From contig NC_086377.1 in the NCBI RefSeq assembly GCF_036588685.1, positions 42,036,001 to 42,100,000 on the forward strand: DNA of 64,000 nt, in the 5' to 3' direction. Made by a program: the position numbers and the translations under genes. Position 1 is the first letter of the stretch, and every line of letters begins with the position of its first letter. Positions 14,270 to 28,000 of this stretch are shown here, piece by piece. The DNA is from Mytilus trossulus (taxonomy: Eukaryota). The notes below the pieces were generated by a model, which ran no database searches, was not told where the DNA came from, and was given only the letters and a program-made list of their open reading frames with translations.

Positions 14270-14472
14270 ATACACTCATCATAGATACCAGGACTAAATT
14301 TTGTATATATGCCAGACGCGCGTGTCGTCTACAAAAGACTCGTCAGTGAGACTCGAATCTAAATAAAGTTAAAAAGGCCAAACAAAGTACGAAGTTGAAG
14401 AGCATTGAGGACCAACATTTCTAAAAGCTGTGCCAAATACAGCTAAGGTAATCTATGCATGAGGTAGAAAAG
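14270..14472 (-). mobile_element. Hammerhead-bearing repeat, core mutated (GAAA to GACA)
   Basis: The minus strand at 14310-14350 reads CTGACGA GTC ttttgta GAC GACA CGCGC GTC TGGC. Confidence 0.8.
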
Positions 14473-15559
14473 AATACGCATACATATGACGCAAGTGAAG
14501 ACATGTTATGGTGAAAATATCTTCAACAACTAAATTAAACAGTGCTCCTGAAAACATCAAACCAAAGTGCTCCTGAAAACATCAAAGACAATCATTTTCT
14601 TACTGTCACACAGTACATAAAGATACAAGATATATTCAACGTTATGCAATGCCAAAAAAAACTACTTTCACTTTGGTAATTCTAATGATAAAAAAAAATA
14701 CAAAAAAATCAACAACAATTGACGCTATTGTGTAATGAACTACACTTTTAATGAAATACTTATGATTACGAATTAAGTTTTATCTTTATGGATGTCGTTT
14801 TCCGTTTACTCACAAGTCAACTTATTGCATTGAAGACTTCAAATGACAGCTTTTATCAATTTATGTTTAGAATGTTTTTACTATTTATTGACAAATTACA
14901 GTCCCTTTCTTAAAAATAAAAGGCCCATATCTTTTTACTGTTTGTGCAATGTTATAGAATATATATTTTGTAATGCGTTTATTTTTTTCACAAACAAAGC
15001 AACAATATTCCGTTTTGTTCAAAATCAAACTTGAATGTTAAGACATTGTATGTTGCCTATTATTCTATATAAGATTTCGACTCATATCATGCACAGACCG
15101 ACTTACGAACCAACAGAAAAACCATTTCTTAAACATACATAAGTTATGTGTACTGTTGTTTAGACTTGTTCGGTTACGACGTCTTAATTCCCGTGATTCT
15201 GTTATAACTTTATTAACCTTTTGCATTAGTTTTTTGATATTTTTGTCTTCTTTTTATGGTATTTTTTTTTCGCCCAGTATTGTTTCAAATCAAGTGTACA
15301 TTCTTAATTGTTTTAATTTTAATTAAAAAATGAAAAGTAGTCTATTAAATTTTATAAACATTGTTTTGATGACATGTGTCGGTTGACAGTAAGTTTACTC
15401 ATTATTGATACCAGGAATACAAGTGCACACTTACGCCTAGTCACAGTTGGAAATTATAACCAAGTAGCTCAGCACTAGAAGTACAGATAGCATCTTTTAA
15501 ATCTGCTGTAATTATATTTCGAAAAATATTTTGAAGATATTTAAAAAAAAAAATGTTTG

Positions 15560-16070
15560 TGTTGGACAACTCCAGAAGATAACTTAATTGAGTGTACTAC
15601 TGGTGCAGTAAAATCACTATTTAAACTTTGCTGAGCTAGTGCAACCATGAAGTGTATTAGATTAAGAAACACAATGGATTGACCAATTATGCAGTGCACT
15701 CCTTGTGTAAATCGATGTAAGTGGATGACCTATCAAATGATTATGCACTTGACATATGTCATGTACGTACAATTTTAAAGGTAATTAAATCTTCTTTCGC
15801 AAATCAAAGACAATAACAAATTCTATTAATAATGCTTGTGATAAAGAGTGAAGCCCTTTAACGATTTATTGGTTAGTGTCTAATGACCATTGACATTACC
15901 GGTGCTTCCAGTCCTCATGATGTTATAGCCTTTAGTAAATTGCCAATACATTAAATGCACAGTCATCAAGTGCTTATCAGATTGGTTTTTGCAATTGTCT
16001 CATACTTATTGGTTTTACTAACTAATACTATACTTGAATAGGCTTTACGTACTGTTGCACTACATCTTAT
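15560..16070 (-). pseudogene. Cys-rich family remnant (paralogs 26260-26750 -, 43340-43515 +)
   Basis: A phase-1 G|GTAAT donor is conserved at 15900 and 26579. Several third-position synonymous differences fall in the minus frames (TVR, DNCK, GST). Downstream reads HCVS*SNTLHGCTS. Confidence 0.45.
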
Positions 16071-16641
16071 CACCAAAACTATTTTTCTTCAATTAATGTG
16101 ATTTATTTCGATAAATGAATGATTTATAGATGAGGTATTTGACATGTGTTTAAAAATGTAATTTCATTGGAGTGGTACGTCATGTTTACACATATGTTTG
16201 CGAGATGATAATAGTATGAAAGATGACTAATACATTGAAATGACTGTGTGTTGAGTTTGGTTATCACATGCCAAATAATTACGGAAATCGAAACATATTA
16301 AAGCAAATTATGACAAAATCGGACTTTTAGTATATTCAAATGGTTATATGCAAAATGACAATAAACTGTCAATTGTATCTTTTCAGTCATATGAAAAACA
16401 GAAAAGTGACAATGAGAAACTCCAATTTTTCTAGGAGAGATAATAAGTAGTAGAGGTCACTTAACGTCCTTCGAAATGAAAAACATACTTAGTAGTCGTC
16501 TGTCGACGGCTTCGACATAACAAATGTATATCAGTTCAAAGGTAATCTGAAATAAAACATTTACGATAAAATACTAATATGCTCACAAAAACAAATGACA
16601 AACACTGAACTGCATGTTAGTGCTTGGGACAGGCACGTAAT

Positions 16642-16913
16642 TATAGATTATCGTTGGCTATCTCAGCGAGATTAACTTTCTCGCTTGAGCCGGTCACGGC
16701 GAAAGCGAGAAAAGCAATTGAGTTGAGATGACCAATGATAATCTGTTTATCGCTATTTTACCTATGACGACATTGTCAATTTCATGTCAATTTCATTAGC
16801 AACGCCACGTGGCTCCTTATTTTCTAGCAATAATTTTCCATCTCCAGCGAGTAGCATGATCTGAAAAATATCTTAAAAAAATATCAAAGGAAAAATGCAC
16901 AAAATAGCGATAA
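16642..16913. mobile_element. Hairpin-terminated non-autonomous element
   Basis: Palindrome at 16645-16745. TTATCGCTATTTT at ~16748 is inverted at 16901-16913. Confidence 0.7.
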
Positions 16914-16959
16914 TGAATGTTACTTGGATACGCATGTTTAAGAGCAGTAAATATTGCAT

Positions 16960-17250
16960 GTATGTTCAGTACAAAAGCAAACATTTGTGCGTTTGTTATT
17001 CGATGAATGAAAGGCGTGACATTTTGACCAACACGAATATTATGGGGGGGGGGGGGCATTATGGATAAAAGTGGAATATATTCCTTAAAACTGATCACCA
17101 AAACATCGTTTGACAAATGATCTTTAACGTACTGAGGGTTTGACAGTTTCTGAATGTATTTAAGAGGCCCTAAGCGATTTTGATCAGACGACGCTGTTTT
17201 TGCAAAATAAAAAAAGGTCCATTATTTGTTTCGTCTTTGTCCGTTTGTGT
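16960..17250 (+). pseudogene. Exon-2-like remnant (paralog 28760-29030 +)
   Basis: Clear DNA paralogy. Reads ANICAF..DE*KA / EE*KACNFYQHPC...DY. Confidence 0.4.
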
Positions 17251-19480
17251 TACATTTTCAAAGAAACACAAAACGGCATTTGGAAACTCTATAAACAAAA
17301 CAACGCAAATATGCAAAAATATGGAAACGCTATAGACAAAGCAAATATGCAAAAATGAAAGACACGAATATTACAAAATCACAATAGTACAATTACACAA
17401 TAGCTGGATGTATAAAAAAGTGCAAGGAATAAGAATAAAAAAAATCATGAAGATAAACAAAAGATGTATCACAATACTTCAGATTGTGTAACACACTAGT
17501 GATCTATTTTTTTTTATCAATATCTGTATTCCACAAAAATATGAGTATTCATAGTAAGACAGAAGGTTTTTTTCAACTTATTAAACAAAGAACAATCTAA
17601 AAAACATAACATAAAAAAGAAAAGCGTCGAGAACCTACAACACACAACATTACAATGCAACGTGAATTCCTACAATGACGAACAGTATCGTATGGTTTCC
17701 AGAAATTTACTAGTAAGCAGATCCTTGTCAACTATAGGCACTCGTCTCATTTAGCTACAGAAGTAAACCATTTACAACTAATATCATGAGTTTGATGGTT
17801 TGTCTAATCATCATTCTTGCAAGCTTCTGAAAAATATTTGTTGATTTTATTCAAGTTTTATTATTATACTTCGATCCACTTAGAAGAGTGTGAAATAGTA
17901 CTGTTAACACACCTATGTGGTTTCTTAAGCCTCCCAAGCTAGTTTCATTTAAAGCCGATCATATTTCGACTTTACGGTTTACAATAAAGCTTCATTTGAC
18001 GGTTTATGGTATAAAACATTAACATGATATGTTCGGGGCCTTTGTAACCGTACTAAATGGTATGTTTTGCTCATTATTGAAAACTGTACTTCGACCAATA
18101 GCTGGTAACTTCTACATCATCTGGTCTCTGTTGGAGCCTTGTGTCATTGCCATATCTTTCTTTATAATAATTGTGTCCACCATACAAGCGTTGAGTCTTA
18201 TTTTGTCATGGCAGAAGTTGTTTTAATTATGTTATTTACGCTGTAACCTTTTATGTAACTGTTTTTGTAACAGGATTTATACCTTTGATTCATTGCTTTT
18301 TTTATCTCGTCATTTAATTAACTTGTAGACAAAACTCGTATTTGGCGTGCAAAAATGAGAGCTTGTATCTATAATGAGTCTATTTATTAACGAATAGAAA
18401 CTAATAGGGAAATCATCAAGATAAAACTTTGATTGTTGTTTATTAACTCTTTATTTGAAATAAAGTCCCTTTAATCTAACGCACTAGATGACAATTTATT
18501 AGTTTATCCATTTATTCTTGCTTTCTACTAGATATTTATACATATGTCAGGAATAGTATCACACAACCACTAAGTATTGTTATTTGATGAATTTCGTAAG
18601 TACTAGTAGAATTTTCCTGAAAGATATACTTTTATGTTTTGTTTATTTGGAAATTGAAAACCGATACATATACAAAAAGAAGATGTAGTATGATTGCCAT
18701 TGAGACAACTATCCACAAAATACCAAAATTACACAGACATAAACAACTATAGGTCACTGTACGGCCTTCAACAGTGAGAAAAGCCCATACTGCATAGTCA
18801 GCTATAAAAGGCCCCGATAAGACAACGTAAAACAATTCAAACGAGAAAACTAACAGCCTTATTTATGTAAAAAATGAACGAAAAACAAATATGTAACACA
18901 TAAACCACTGAATTACAGGCTCCTTCCTAACTTGGGACAGCCACATACATAAATAATGTTGCGGGGTTAAACATGTAAGCTTTATAACAATAGTTTAGAA
19001 TGAATAAAGTCATTATAAACTGATCATGAAGATTTATTTGTTCTTTGTCAATATATATGCGTATAGTTTACTGTGTTCTAGTATAATCAACTTAGTGGAT
19101 TCAATATATATATAACTATATTTTCAGTCTGTCAACAATGAGGTTGCAGTTTCAAATGCGACAGTTGCGCTGAAATCATATCTTAATTATTGAGAATTGT
19201 AAGTTTTATTATTGATGGACGGTGCTTTTTCTTTTCTCTCTGTACAAATAAAATCTATTCGCTTTGATAATACTGAATGTTGTGTTAAAAACTAACTTCA
19301 TTTCAAGATTTTCCATTTTCTATCCATTTACAGCTTATATAGTGAAACATGTCATATAAATCTCTATTAGAAGATGATCTGGTTGCGTACATGTAACTCT
19401 GCTTTAACCTGAAAGCGAGTCATCCCCTGTCTTTTCGGCCATATTAAAGCATTGACAAACCTGAACTCTGTTATCAAATA

Positions 19481-19846
19481 ATAAATACATTAGATGTATG
19501 TTTCATTGTTATACTTTATTTTGATTGGCTAACTGCACATCACGTGTAATTCCGTAAGCAATTGCACCACTCAATAAAACTTTTCATTCATGATAGCAAG
19601 TGGTCCCACAATAAAGTGCAAAGGTGAATAAAATACGAAATTTATAAAATTCGTGTTTTCGTGATCAAAGCTAAAAAATGTAATTATACGTATTGAATGC
19701 TTCTTTTTGTAACTTTTTAGGGTGGTAAAAGCGTTGACCGTGCGCACATTTTTAGTATGAAGCGCTTCCGCGCTTCATACAAAATGTACTTTGGTCAACG
19801 CTTTTACGACCCAATAAATTTACAAAAAGAAGCATTAAATTCTTAA
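19481..19846. mobile_element. Hairpin-terminated non-autonomous element
   Basis: Palindrome at ~19690-19845 centred on tatgaagcgcttccgcgcttcata. Confidence 0.7.
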
Positions 19847-19876
19847 ATTAAACTTACAATGACAAATGTGTCTTAA

Positions 19877-19968
19877 TGACTCGAATGTCACTGATGAGTC
19901 TTCTATAGACGAAACGCGCCTCTGGTGTATATGCAAAATGTAGTCCTGGTATCTTTGTTGAGTTTATT
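19877..19968 (+). mobile_element. Short hammerhead-bearing repeat, cleavage triplet GUC to CUC
   Basis: Reads TGTCA CTGATGA GTC ttctata GAC GAAA CGCGC CTC TGGTG, followed by the family 3' end (cctggtatctttgttgagtttatt). Confidence 0.8.
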
Positions 19969-21330
19969 TCCTTATTCAATTTTATGAGTTGAATGAACGA
20001 TTACATGAATATACCAGAAAATCTAACTGAGCAAGGATATACATGTTTTCACAGTTAATACTATGATGAAAACCTTTTCTGCTACCAAAGAATGAAGTTG
20101 AACGCGTAGAAATACAATCAACAAATGCGTTTTAGTTCTCTACCATATTATGTCCGATTGTGCCATAATGTTATAAAGTGAATAGTAAAAATTTGTTATC
20201 TAGAAGAGTGAGAGATAGGAATTTTAACGAAAATAAAGTTCCAGCCCAGTCAGCTAAAGTTTGCCTTTTAATGATTTGATTCGTTTACCACTTTTGGTCA
20301 AACATGTACATAAGTCTTAGAGCATACATGTATTCTTTTGGCTATTGATATCAAGGTTTTGTGATCCTTTCAAAGAAAGGTAAATCAAGAAAAAAGCTTT
20401 CATCTCACAAAATTTAGAAAGTGTTATTTTGGTGTTCACACTGAATTTAAATACATGTATCATAAATCCTAATATTAGGCGTACATCTGTAACATCCAGA
20501 TGTAACATACTTGAAGTTACATCAGTCTAACTTGTTTATGGTGTGTGAACTGTTAAATAATTAATCAATTTTCTCTGTTTGTCTTTTTCGTTTTTTAAAG
20601 CCATTGCATTGTCAGTTGATTTTCGATTGATGAGTTTGACTGTTCCTCTCGTATCTTTCGCCCCTCTTTATTCATTTGTTGAGGATTGAAATTCAAGTGT
20701 GTGAGGTAGGATAACTGCCTCGGTGGCATCTTTTTTTTTAATGTCAGATGTTGTGAGTTTAAATCGCGTCCAGGGCAAACAAATACTTAAAACAGCAGTC
20801 CATCATCATCGTGGTAGGACAAAATGTTATTTCTACGTCATTCATCGTTAATTTGGAATGACTAATAAACCCTTAATGATTGCATATTTGATCCAGCAAG
20901 ACTGATATTCATCCTTAAACAAAGTTCATGTCTTTGATTGAACATGATGTATTATCAAAATGATAAATTGAACAAATTACCAGAAGTATTTACTAGGAAG
21001 CAAGTTAAAAACAAATATGGCAAATTAATACGTGCAAAAAATTGATCTTCAATTTACAATGATATGGTCGTACATCACCCTAACCTTGTGAGTGTCATTA
21101 TATTGACATACTGAATTTGTAAAACTGATTTACAGTGTTTTATTTTTTATTGTAATTTTTCTGCAAAGTGCTGTATATATAAATGGTACATAGTGCCTGG
21201 GGGTCTGAATGGTGCTTACAGGATTTGGAAAAATTTGTGGAAATTTTTTCAAACACATAATTTCTATTTGAACTACATTGTATTATAAACCTACATCTTA
21301 TTTATTAAGGGGTAATTGGTAATGAATGAT

Positions 21331-21634
21331 TTTGTTTGTTGTATTCAGTGAATTGTATACCAGACATAGGTCTTGACCGGGAACATCTACCAAATGATTT
21401 CAGCAAAGAACGTGTTTAAAATCCAGAAACAGATAATACCACTGTGTGAGCTGTTTGCAGTTGTTCATAGACATCATGTAATTTGTTTGTTGTATTCAGT
21501 GAATTGTGTACAAGACATAAGACTTGACCGGGAACATCTACCAAATAATGTCAGCAAAGAACGTGGTTAAAAGCCAGAAACAGATAATACCACTGAGCAA
21601 GCTATTTGTAGTTGTTCACAGACATCATGTAATT
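21331..21634. repeat. Direct tandem duplication, ~151 bp x2
   Basis: ttgtttgttgtattcagtgaattgt...agacatcatgtaatt occurs twice. A single-copy paralog lies near 10140. Confidence 0.9.
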
Positions 21635-24600
21635 AACCAAAACATGTCAATTGTGTACTACTAACGAAGTGCTTTAGTTATAAAAATTACGTCAACACCA
21701 AGCTTGTGTTTTTTAAGGGGGGTCATGCATACTCATTCTTTATGGAATTTCTGATCATCCGTATTTGTTATTTTCCTCCAGTCGCGAGAAGATGTCTATT
21801 CTATATATAGTTATAGCCGATAGAACATTTTCCACATCACACCACAACACAATAACTGCCAAGTTTTGCTATGCCAAAGGAACACTCATAATCAATAGTT
21901 AAAAATAGAGACACAACGCCATGACTATAACAGTACATGAACAGTATTAAAAACAAAACAAAATTAACAAAAAAAAACAGTAAACAAAAGTAAACAAAGC
22001 ACAACATATATGTATATATATATCGATTGATAGTAATTTCACCACACACTGATGTGAAGCAACGATAAGTCTTCAAATTTTCAGTTTTATTAGTTTACTT
22101 ATAATTAATATTCTCAGAAATCAAAGCAGACCTAAGCATGCTAAGGACATGGAAATTTTTTCTATTATAGATTAGCCTTCGACAATTACATTTCTTATCA
22201 GTGATGCCATAGGCACAAACTATAATGCAGAACTGCTCATATATTACATTGTTTAACGAACATCACACCCATCAATAGATAATACACCACGTTTTGAATT
22301 TTATTAAAAACATTAAAGGTCGCAATTTGCTGGTGCACAAAATATAATATTGTATTTCAAGAGACTGATAAGTTCCACTATAGTATTGATCATTGTATAT
22401 AGCGCTTAGTTTACATATTTAAGTGCGGGCATCGTTTCGTTTTTTAATTATTGTTGAATTTGCGAAGCATCCTACCACACTTTCTTTTATTGTTTAATTT
22501 AAACTTATATAACATTTGATTCTAACTGATTTTGTAAATTAAAAATAAAACTATCTTTTTCAGCTATCTCAATTGCTTGAGTATCTAGTCCGAAACATTT
22601 TTATGTTCAAAACTTATAAATTATTTCTTCATTTAAACAGTTTGTTTGCTCGATATAATATAATGTTAAATAAATTTGATGCGACGTTTGTCATTAAAAG
22701 TGAGGGGTTTAGCGTTATAAAACCAGGTTCAATCTACCATTTGCTACATTTAAAAATGCATGTACAAAGTCAGGAATATTGCAGTTGTTGTACTTCCGTT
22801 TGATGTGTTTTATCCTTTGATTTTGCCATTTGATTAGGGACTTTTCATGCTGAATTTTCGGTTTGTAAAGTGGAATCAATTATTTTCAATTTGTATTTTG
22901 TAGGTAGAAACAAATGGATGTTGACTCTGTTGCCTTTCTACGGAAGCAATTGACAGGTAATTACTGTAGCGACTCGTCAGATTTTTGCATACTAGGCAAA
23001 CTATATACTTTACTAAAAGTCTGGTAAAAATCCTTTTTTTTTATTTGAACGAAAATAACTTTATGTTTGCATATAACTAAAAGAAACGCTACTTGTCCGG
23101 TTTTTTTTAATATAGTAGAATGACGCTTTTTTAAGATGTCAATGATGATTCCAATATTGAATTAGTGCTCAACTATCCATTGTATCTTTCGCAAACATGT
23201 CTGATGTGATCCGACTTGTTATCCATGTCGTATCCTTCATTCCAAATTTGATCATACTAAAAAGAGACTTTTATAATGAAATTGATCAAGCGTTAAAATA
23301 TTTTGATATATCGTCCATTGGCACTTTTCGTTTAAAGAATGTTATATAGCATCATGACTGATGCTCTTTACGCATTCATAAAAAAATATGTGTCACTTTC
23401 AAAGAAATTTAAATAAAATGAAGTGTTGATAGGATACGATATCAATGCACCAGACAAATTCTAATTTCGATATTATCTTTCATCCATGCGAAAATAATTT
23501 GTATTTTAAATGTCATATTTTTAATTGAACTTGTTAGTATCATTGCAGTTGTCTCGCCAAAACATATCATATGCTATTAATATTGAAAGGGCATGTTAAT
23601 TTCTAATAAAAAAAAATCTTCTGCTTACACAGGCAGATCAAAATTGTATAATTTCCCTGTGAGTTGTTTTCTGTCTACATTCAAGTAATGAGTGATACTG
23701 CATGATTTTATGACAAAAATGAAAAGAATACCGAAAAATAATAACGTCAACTTATGGTTATGGTCTTGACACCAAAAAGGTACAACATAAAAACTACGAA
23801 AGTCAAAATACACTATGGTTAAAAGTACAAAACCAAATAAGAACAATTCTTTACACAAAATAGAAGACTTTCCAACACTCCACCCGAATTCTACAAAACC
23901 TTGTTCCTCATGTACTTCAAAGGGAAACATCGAGTTCTTTAAGAGGTAAAACCAATGAATGAGTTTTATGGGTTGTCGTTCATGACATAATAACTATCTT
24001 TTCAATAAGGTTGTTTTTTTATGTTGTTTCTTAGAAACAGTATCTTAATAGATGAAACCAACATCTATTTACTATCGCTAATCTAGACATCCTATTTTGT
24101 AAATTTTTTAACATAAATAATGCCGTTTTCTCGTTTAAATTGTTTAACATTATCTTATCGGGGCCTTTTATAGCTGACTATGTGGTATGAGCTTTGCTCA
24201 TTGTTGAAGGCCTTACGGTGACCTATAGTTGTTAATGTCTGTGTCATTTTGGTCTTTTGTGAATTGGTGTCTCATTGGCAATAATACCACATCTTCTTTT
24301 TTTAATATCCTACACGAGAACGTATTTAAGAACTAAAAAAGAATGTCACTGTTCATCAATATCTATATAGTGTGGACACATATGTGGGTGTTTTGCATAA
24401 GTAAATTATATACTTTGCTCTCATATCCAAATGCTTTGCAAAAGTATCGAGTTACAACATACATATCTAGATGATAGAAACTTATATTTTTATTTGTTAT
24501 TTGCTCTTCGGTCGTTGTTGTCTCTTAGACACATTCATCATTTCCATTCTCAATTGTAGGACAAACATTCAACTTTAAATACATATCAAATATATAAATA

Positions 24601-24759
24601 GTGTAGATAATTAACCAGTATAGTGTTTACAATGTATAGTAAACAAAGTATTATTGTTTTAAGAAATTACGTTATGTCACTGTGAACGATGAATGGATGT
24701 TTTAAAGTTCCCGATAACACCGAAATTGAAAGAGTTTGTGTAACTCAGTCTTTAGTTTA

Positions 24760-25065
24760 AACATATTTATTTATAGTGGATTGGTTGTTATTGCAACTAT
24801 ATTAACCCCCGTCCACTTTGTGGGTGCGAGTGCTGCCTGGTAGTGGCATTATACTTCTCCTTTTCGAAATCTACGTTTTTTACGTGCAAAATGTATGGCT
24901 CTCTCTTAATACTGTTCAGCCTTTTATCGTCCCCTTCCGACTGACTATCATCGTTTCTTCGAGACTATACTCTCAAATGGTTTCAAGATAGAGCCGAAAA
25001 TTCAGTCCCTAAATGTGTATCCCCAGAGCGGGAAACGAACCAGGAACCTTTGCGTAAGTAGTCTT
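24760..25065 (-). mobile_element. tRNA-derived SINE, probably MetaSINE type
   Basis: The minus strand has a B-box-like GGTTCGTTTCC head, a central CGGAAGGGGACGATAAA...GCACGTAAA domain and an (AAAT)n-like tail. Confidence 0.7.
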
Positions 25066-28000
25066 TTGTCACATTATTATTCATATAATAAGTGCTGGTG
25101 GGACATTTTATCAAACAATTAATTTGCAGTCATTAAAACAGTTAATGTTAATTTAAGAGAAATTAGTAAAACGTCTTCGAGCTATGAGCTTGAACGTTTG
25201 ATCTTCAAAGTTGACTTCTTGAAGAGTTGTACTGTTCGTTAAAATAACTTTATGTACCCTTTCAAACACATTAAGATCATTAAACATCACATTTTGATGA
25301 GAGTAAATTCAGAAACTTGAATTACGTGCACAATGAATAGATGTATTTACAGTTTAACTATTGGTGCTTTAAAATAGAATATATGTATCAAGGATATAAA
25401 AATAGAAAAACGATTTTAGTAGTGTTTCTGACCTCAGAATTATAAATATATTGATACGAAAATATATGACGCAGGTGAAGACGTTAACTGATAAATGAAA
25501 CAGCGCAGTTAAGATAATCAAAGACACTCATTTTCTAACTGACACATAGAACAAACAAAACGAGAACATGTATTAAATAGAAACAAAAATCTTTGATTTT
25601 TTGTTGTTGTCAATGACAAAATACAAACATTTATCGAATTATTGCATACTTTTTGTAATGTACTACAATTTTGATTGACTGAATGCGATTAAGAATTATT
25701 TTTTGTCTTTATGTCACATAATAAAAAGAGACAACAACAAAAATAACAAAAAACATTCACATGAAGTAGACATGAACATAAAGTGAGTGATTTGTTACCA
25801 AAAAAACCAACCTAACAACCTTACTAAATAAATGTTATTATTTACAAAAGCGATATTCTATTCATCTTATTTGTTTTGGGGAGACGCTGACGTTTTTCTG
25901 TTGCTGTTTACTTCTTCAGTAGAGCAAACGTCAAGCATAGATATAGGACAAAACATTTTTAAAACAAATGAGGGCATTAGTTTTCTCGTTTGAATTGTTT
26001 TACGTTGTGATTTCGAAGCCTTTTATAGCTGAATGCGGTATTGACTTTACTCGTTGTTGAACGCCGTACGGTGACCTATTGTTGGTGATGTCTGCGTCAT
26101 TTTGGTCTCTTGTGGAGAGTTGTCTTATTGGCAATCTTACCACATCTAATTGTTTTCATATTTTATATGATATAATAAATTATGTTGAAATATAATTTAG
26201 GCAACCATCTAAATAAATGAATTATTATATATTTGATGTTGGTCAGCACTAGAGAGTAATCGAATGGTATGCACTTCTGGTGCATTACAATTGATCTTAC
26301 ACATTAATAGTATAGTGCAATTATGTATGTCATTATATTATAAACAAAATGACAAGAACAATAATGGGATTCTTTAAATTTAAACAATATAAGTGCGTGA
26401 ATTTAAGAATGAATACATACTTGGCATATGTCATTTAACTTACTAATTTTTTAATATCTTTTTTTTTTAATTATTGAAAATCGTATTCGACAATCACATG
26501 ATCTTTTAAATAATGAGTGTTGTAAATAGTTAAGTCATTTAACGATTTTGTTTAGTCTTTTGTAATCAGTAAGATTACCAGTGCTTCCATTCTTCTTGAT
26601 GTTATAGCTTTTAGTAAATTGACAATCAATGAAATGCACTGTCAGCAAGTGCTCATCAAATTGTTTGCAGTTGTCCCAAAGTTATTGGTTTTACTAACTA
26701 ATCATTGGCTTGCATATGTTGTCCGTACAGTAAAACTGAATCTTATCTTTTTATATGTTAAAAATTAACCTATTGGTGACATTCTGCTGTTGTTTTTTAT
26801 ATGGTCGAATTGTTGTCTCTTTGGCACATTCCCCATTTCCATTCTCAATTTAACATACAACCAGTTGGCGATAAAATCGAATTTATGGTACCTTCATACG
26901 CTGAAATACGTAAACAAACTTTAATTGCAGTTGTATATTTATACAAAAAAGGCGATGTGGTACCATTGCCAATAAGACAACTATACATACGTTATTAGGA
27001 AAACTAGTTTTGGCCACCGTAATGCCCAAGACAAAAACAAAAGAACCCTTTCCGTATATTTTATCACAGGTTCCGATATGAAAAATGTGAAACGATGTAT
27101 ATGAAAGAAGAAAAAAATAACAGCTTAATTTGATACAATACAACAAACGAAATAAAATATAACGCACACGAAGATAAACGAAACTGAATTTCATTTGATG
27201 GTTGGTAACATGAGCGTAAAGAATGTGGCGAGGTAAAACACGTTTTGAAGGCGCTAAACCCTTACCTTACTTTATTACCTGTGCCGACTGATCGTGTTAT
27301 TGTTTATGGTGCTTGCTTTTTTCTATATAACTTCATTTACTTCACAATAAAAATTTCAAATCATAAAGCAGTCAAACTCATTATGCTCATGGCATTTATT
27401 AGTTAACCCATTGTTTCGGTTCGTATGTTTTTTTTTGGTTTTTTTTGGTGAATTGATTTTGCAAATTTTAGCATATGGTTCATGGTCGATCCATATCCAT
27501 AAAATCCAAATGTCAAAAACAAAAAGACGTCGACATTGAGTTATCCCATATACCAGTGCATCTAATTATTCGGTAGAACTGTCAGGTAAATAATATTACT
27601 ATTATGTCGAAAATTGATAAATTTACTGTATTTTCCTATGTGCGTCAAGGCTACTGAGCATTATAAAAATATACTGAACAGATCTAGATTGACTGCAGGT
27701 TAAAGGTTTATGACTTTATTTGAACTGATCTTAAATTGCTTAATTATTTTGCCGTCGTTCACTATCGGTATACATGGTTAAGATTAAAATAGCCGCTCAA
27801 TACATCAAATATTTACTGAAGAGGTTATAATGTGTTAATATAACATGTTTAACGCTTTGAACTAGAATGTATTGAGCTCTAAGAAAAACATGTATGCGTT
27901 AGGATGGTGAACATGAAACATTGTCTTCTCAAAACAACCGTGACAAGACAAAGCACGTGCTCGGTACATTTTCTTTTAGATAAAGTTTAAAACACAATAT

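Noticed and set aside
27577-27592. ACTGTCAGGTAAA resembling part of miR-8
   Set aside because: The seed end does not match and I see no precursor hairpin.
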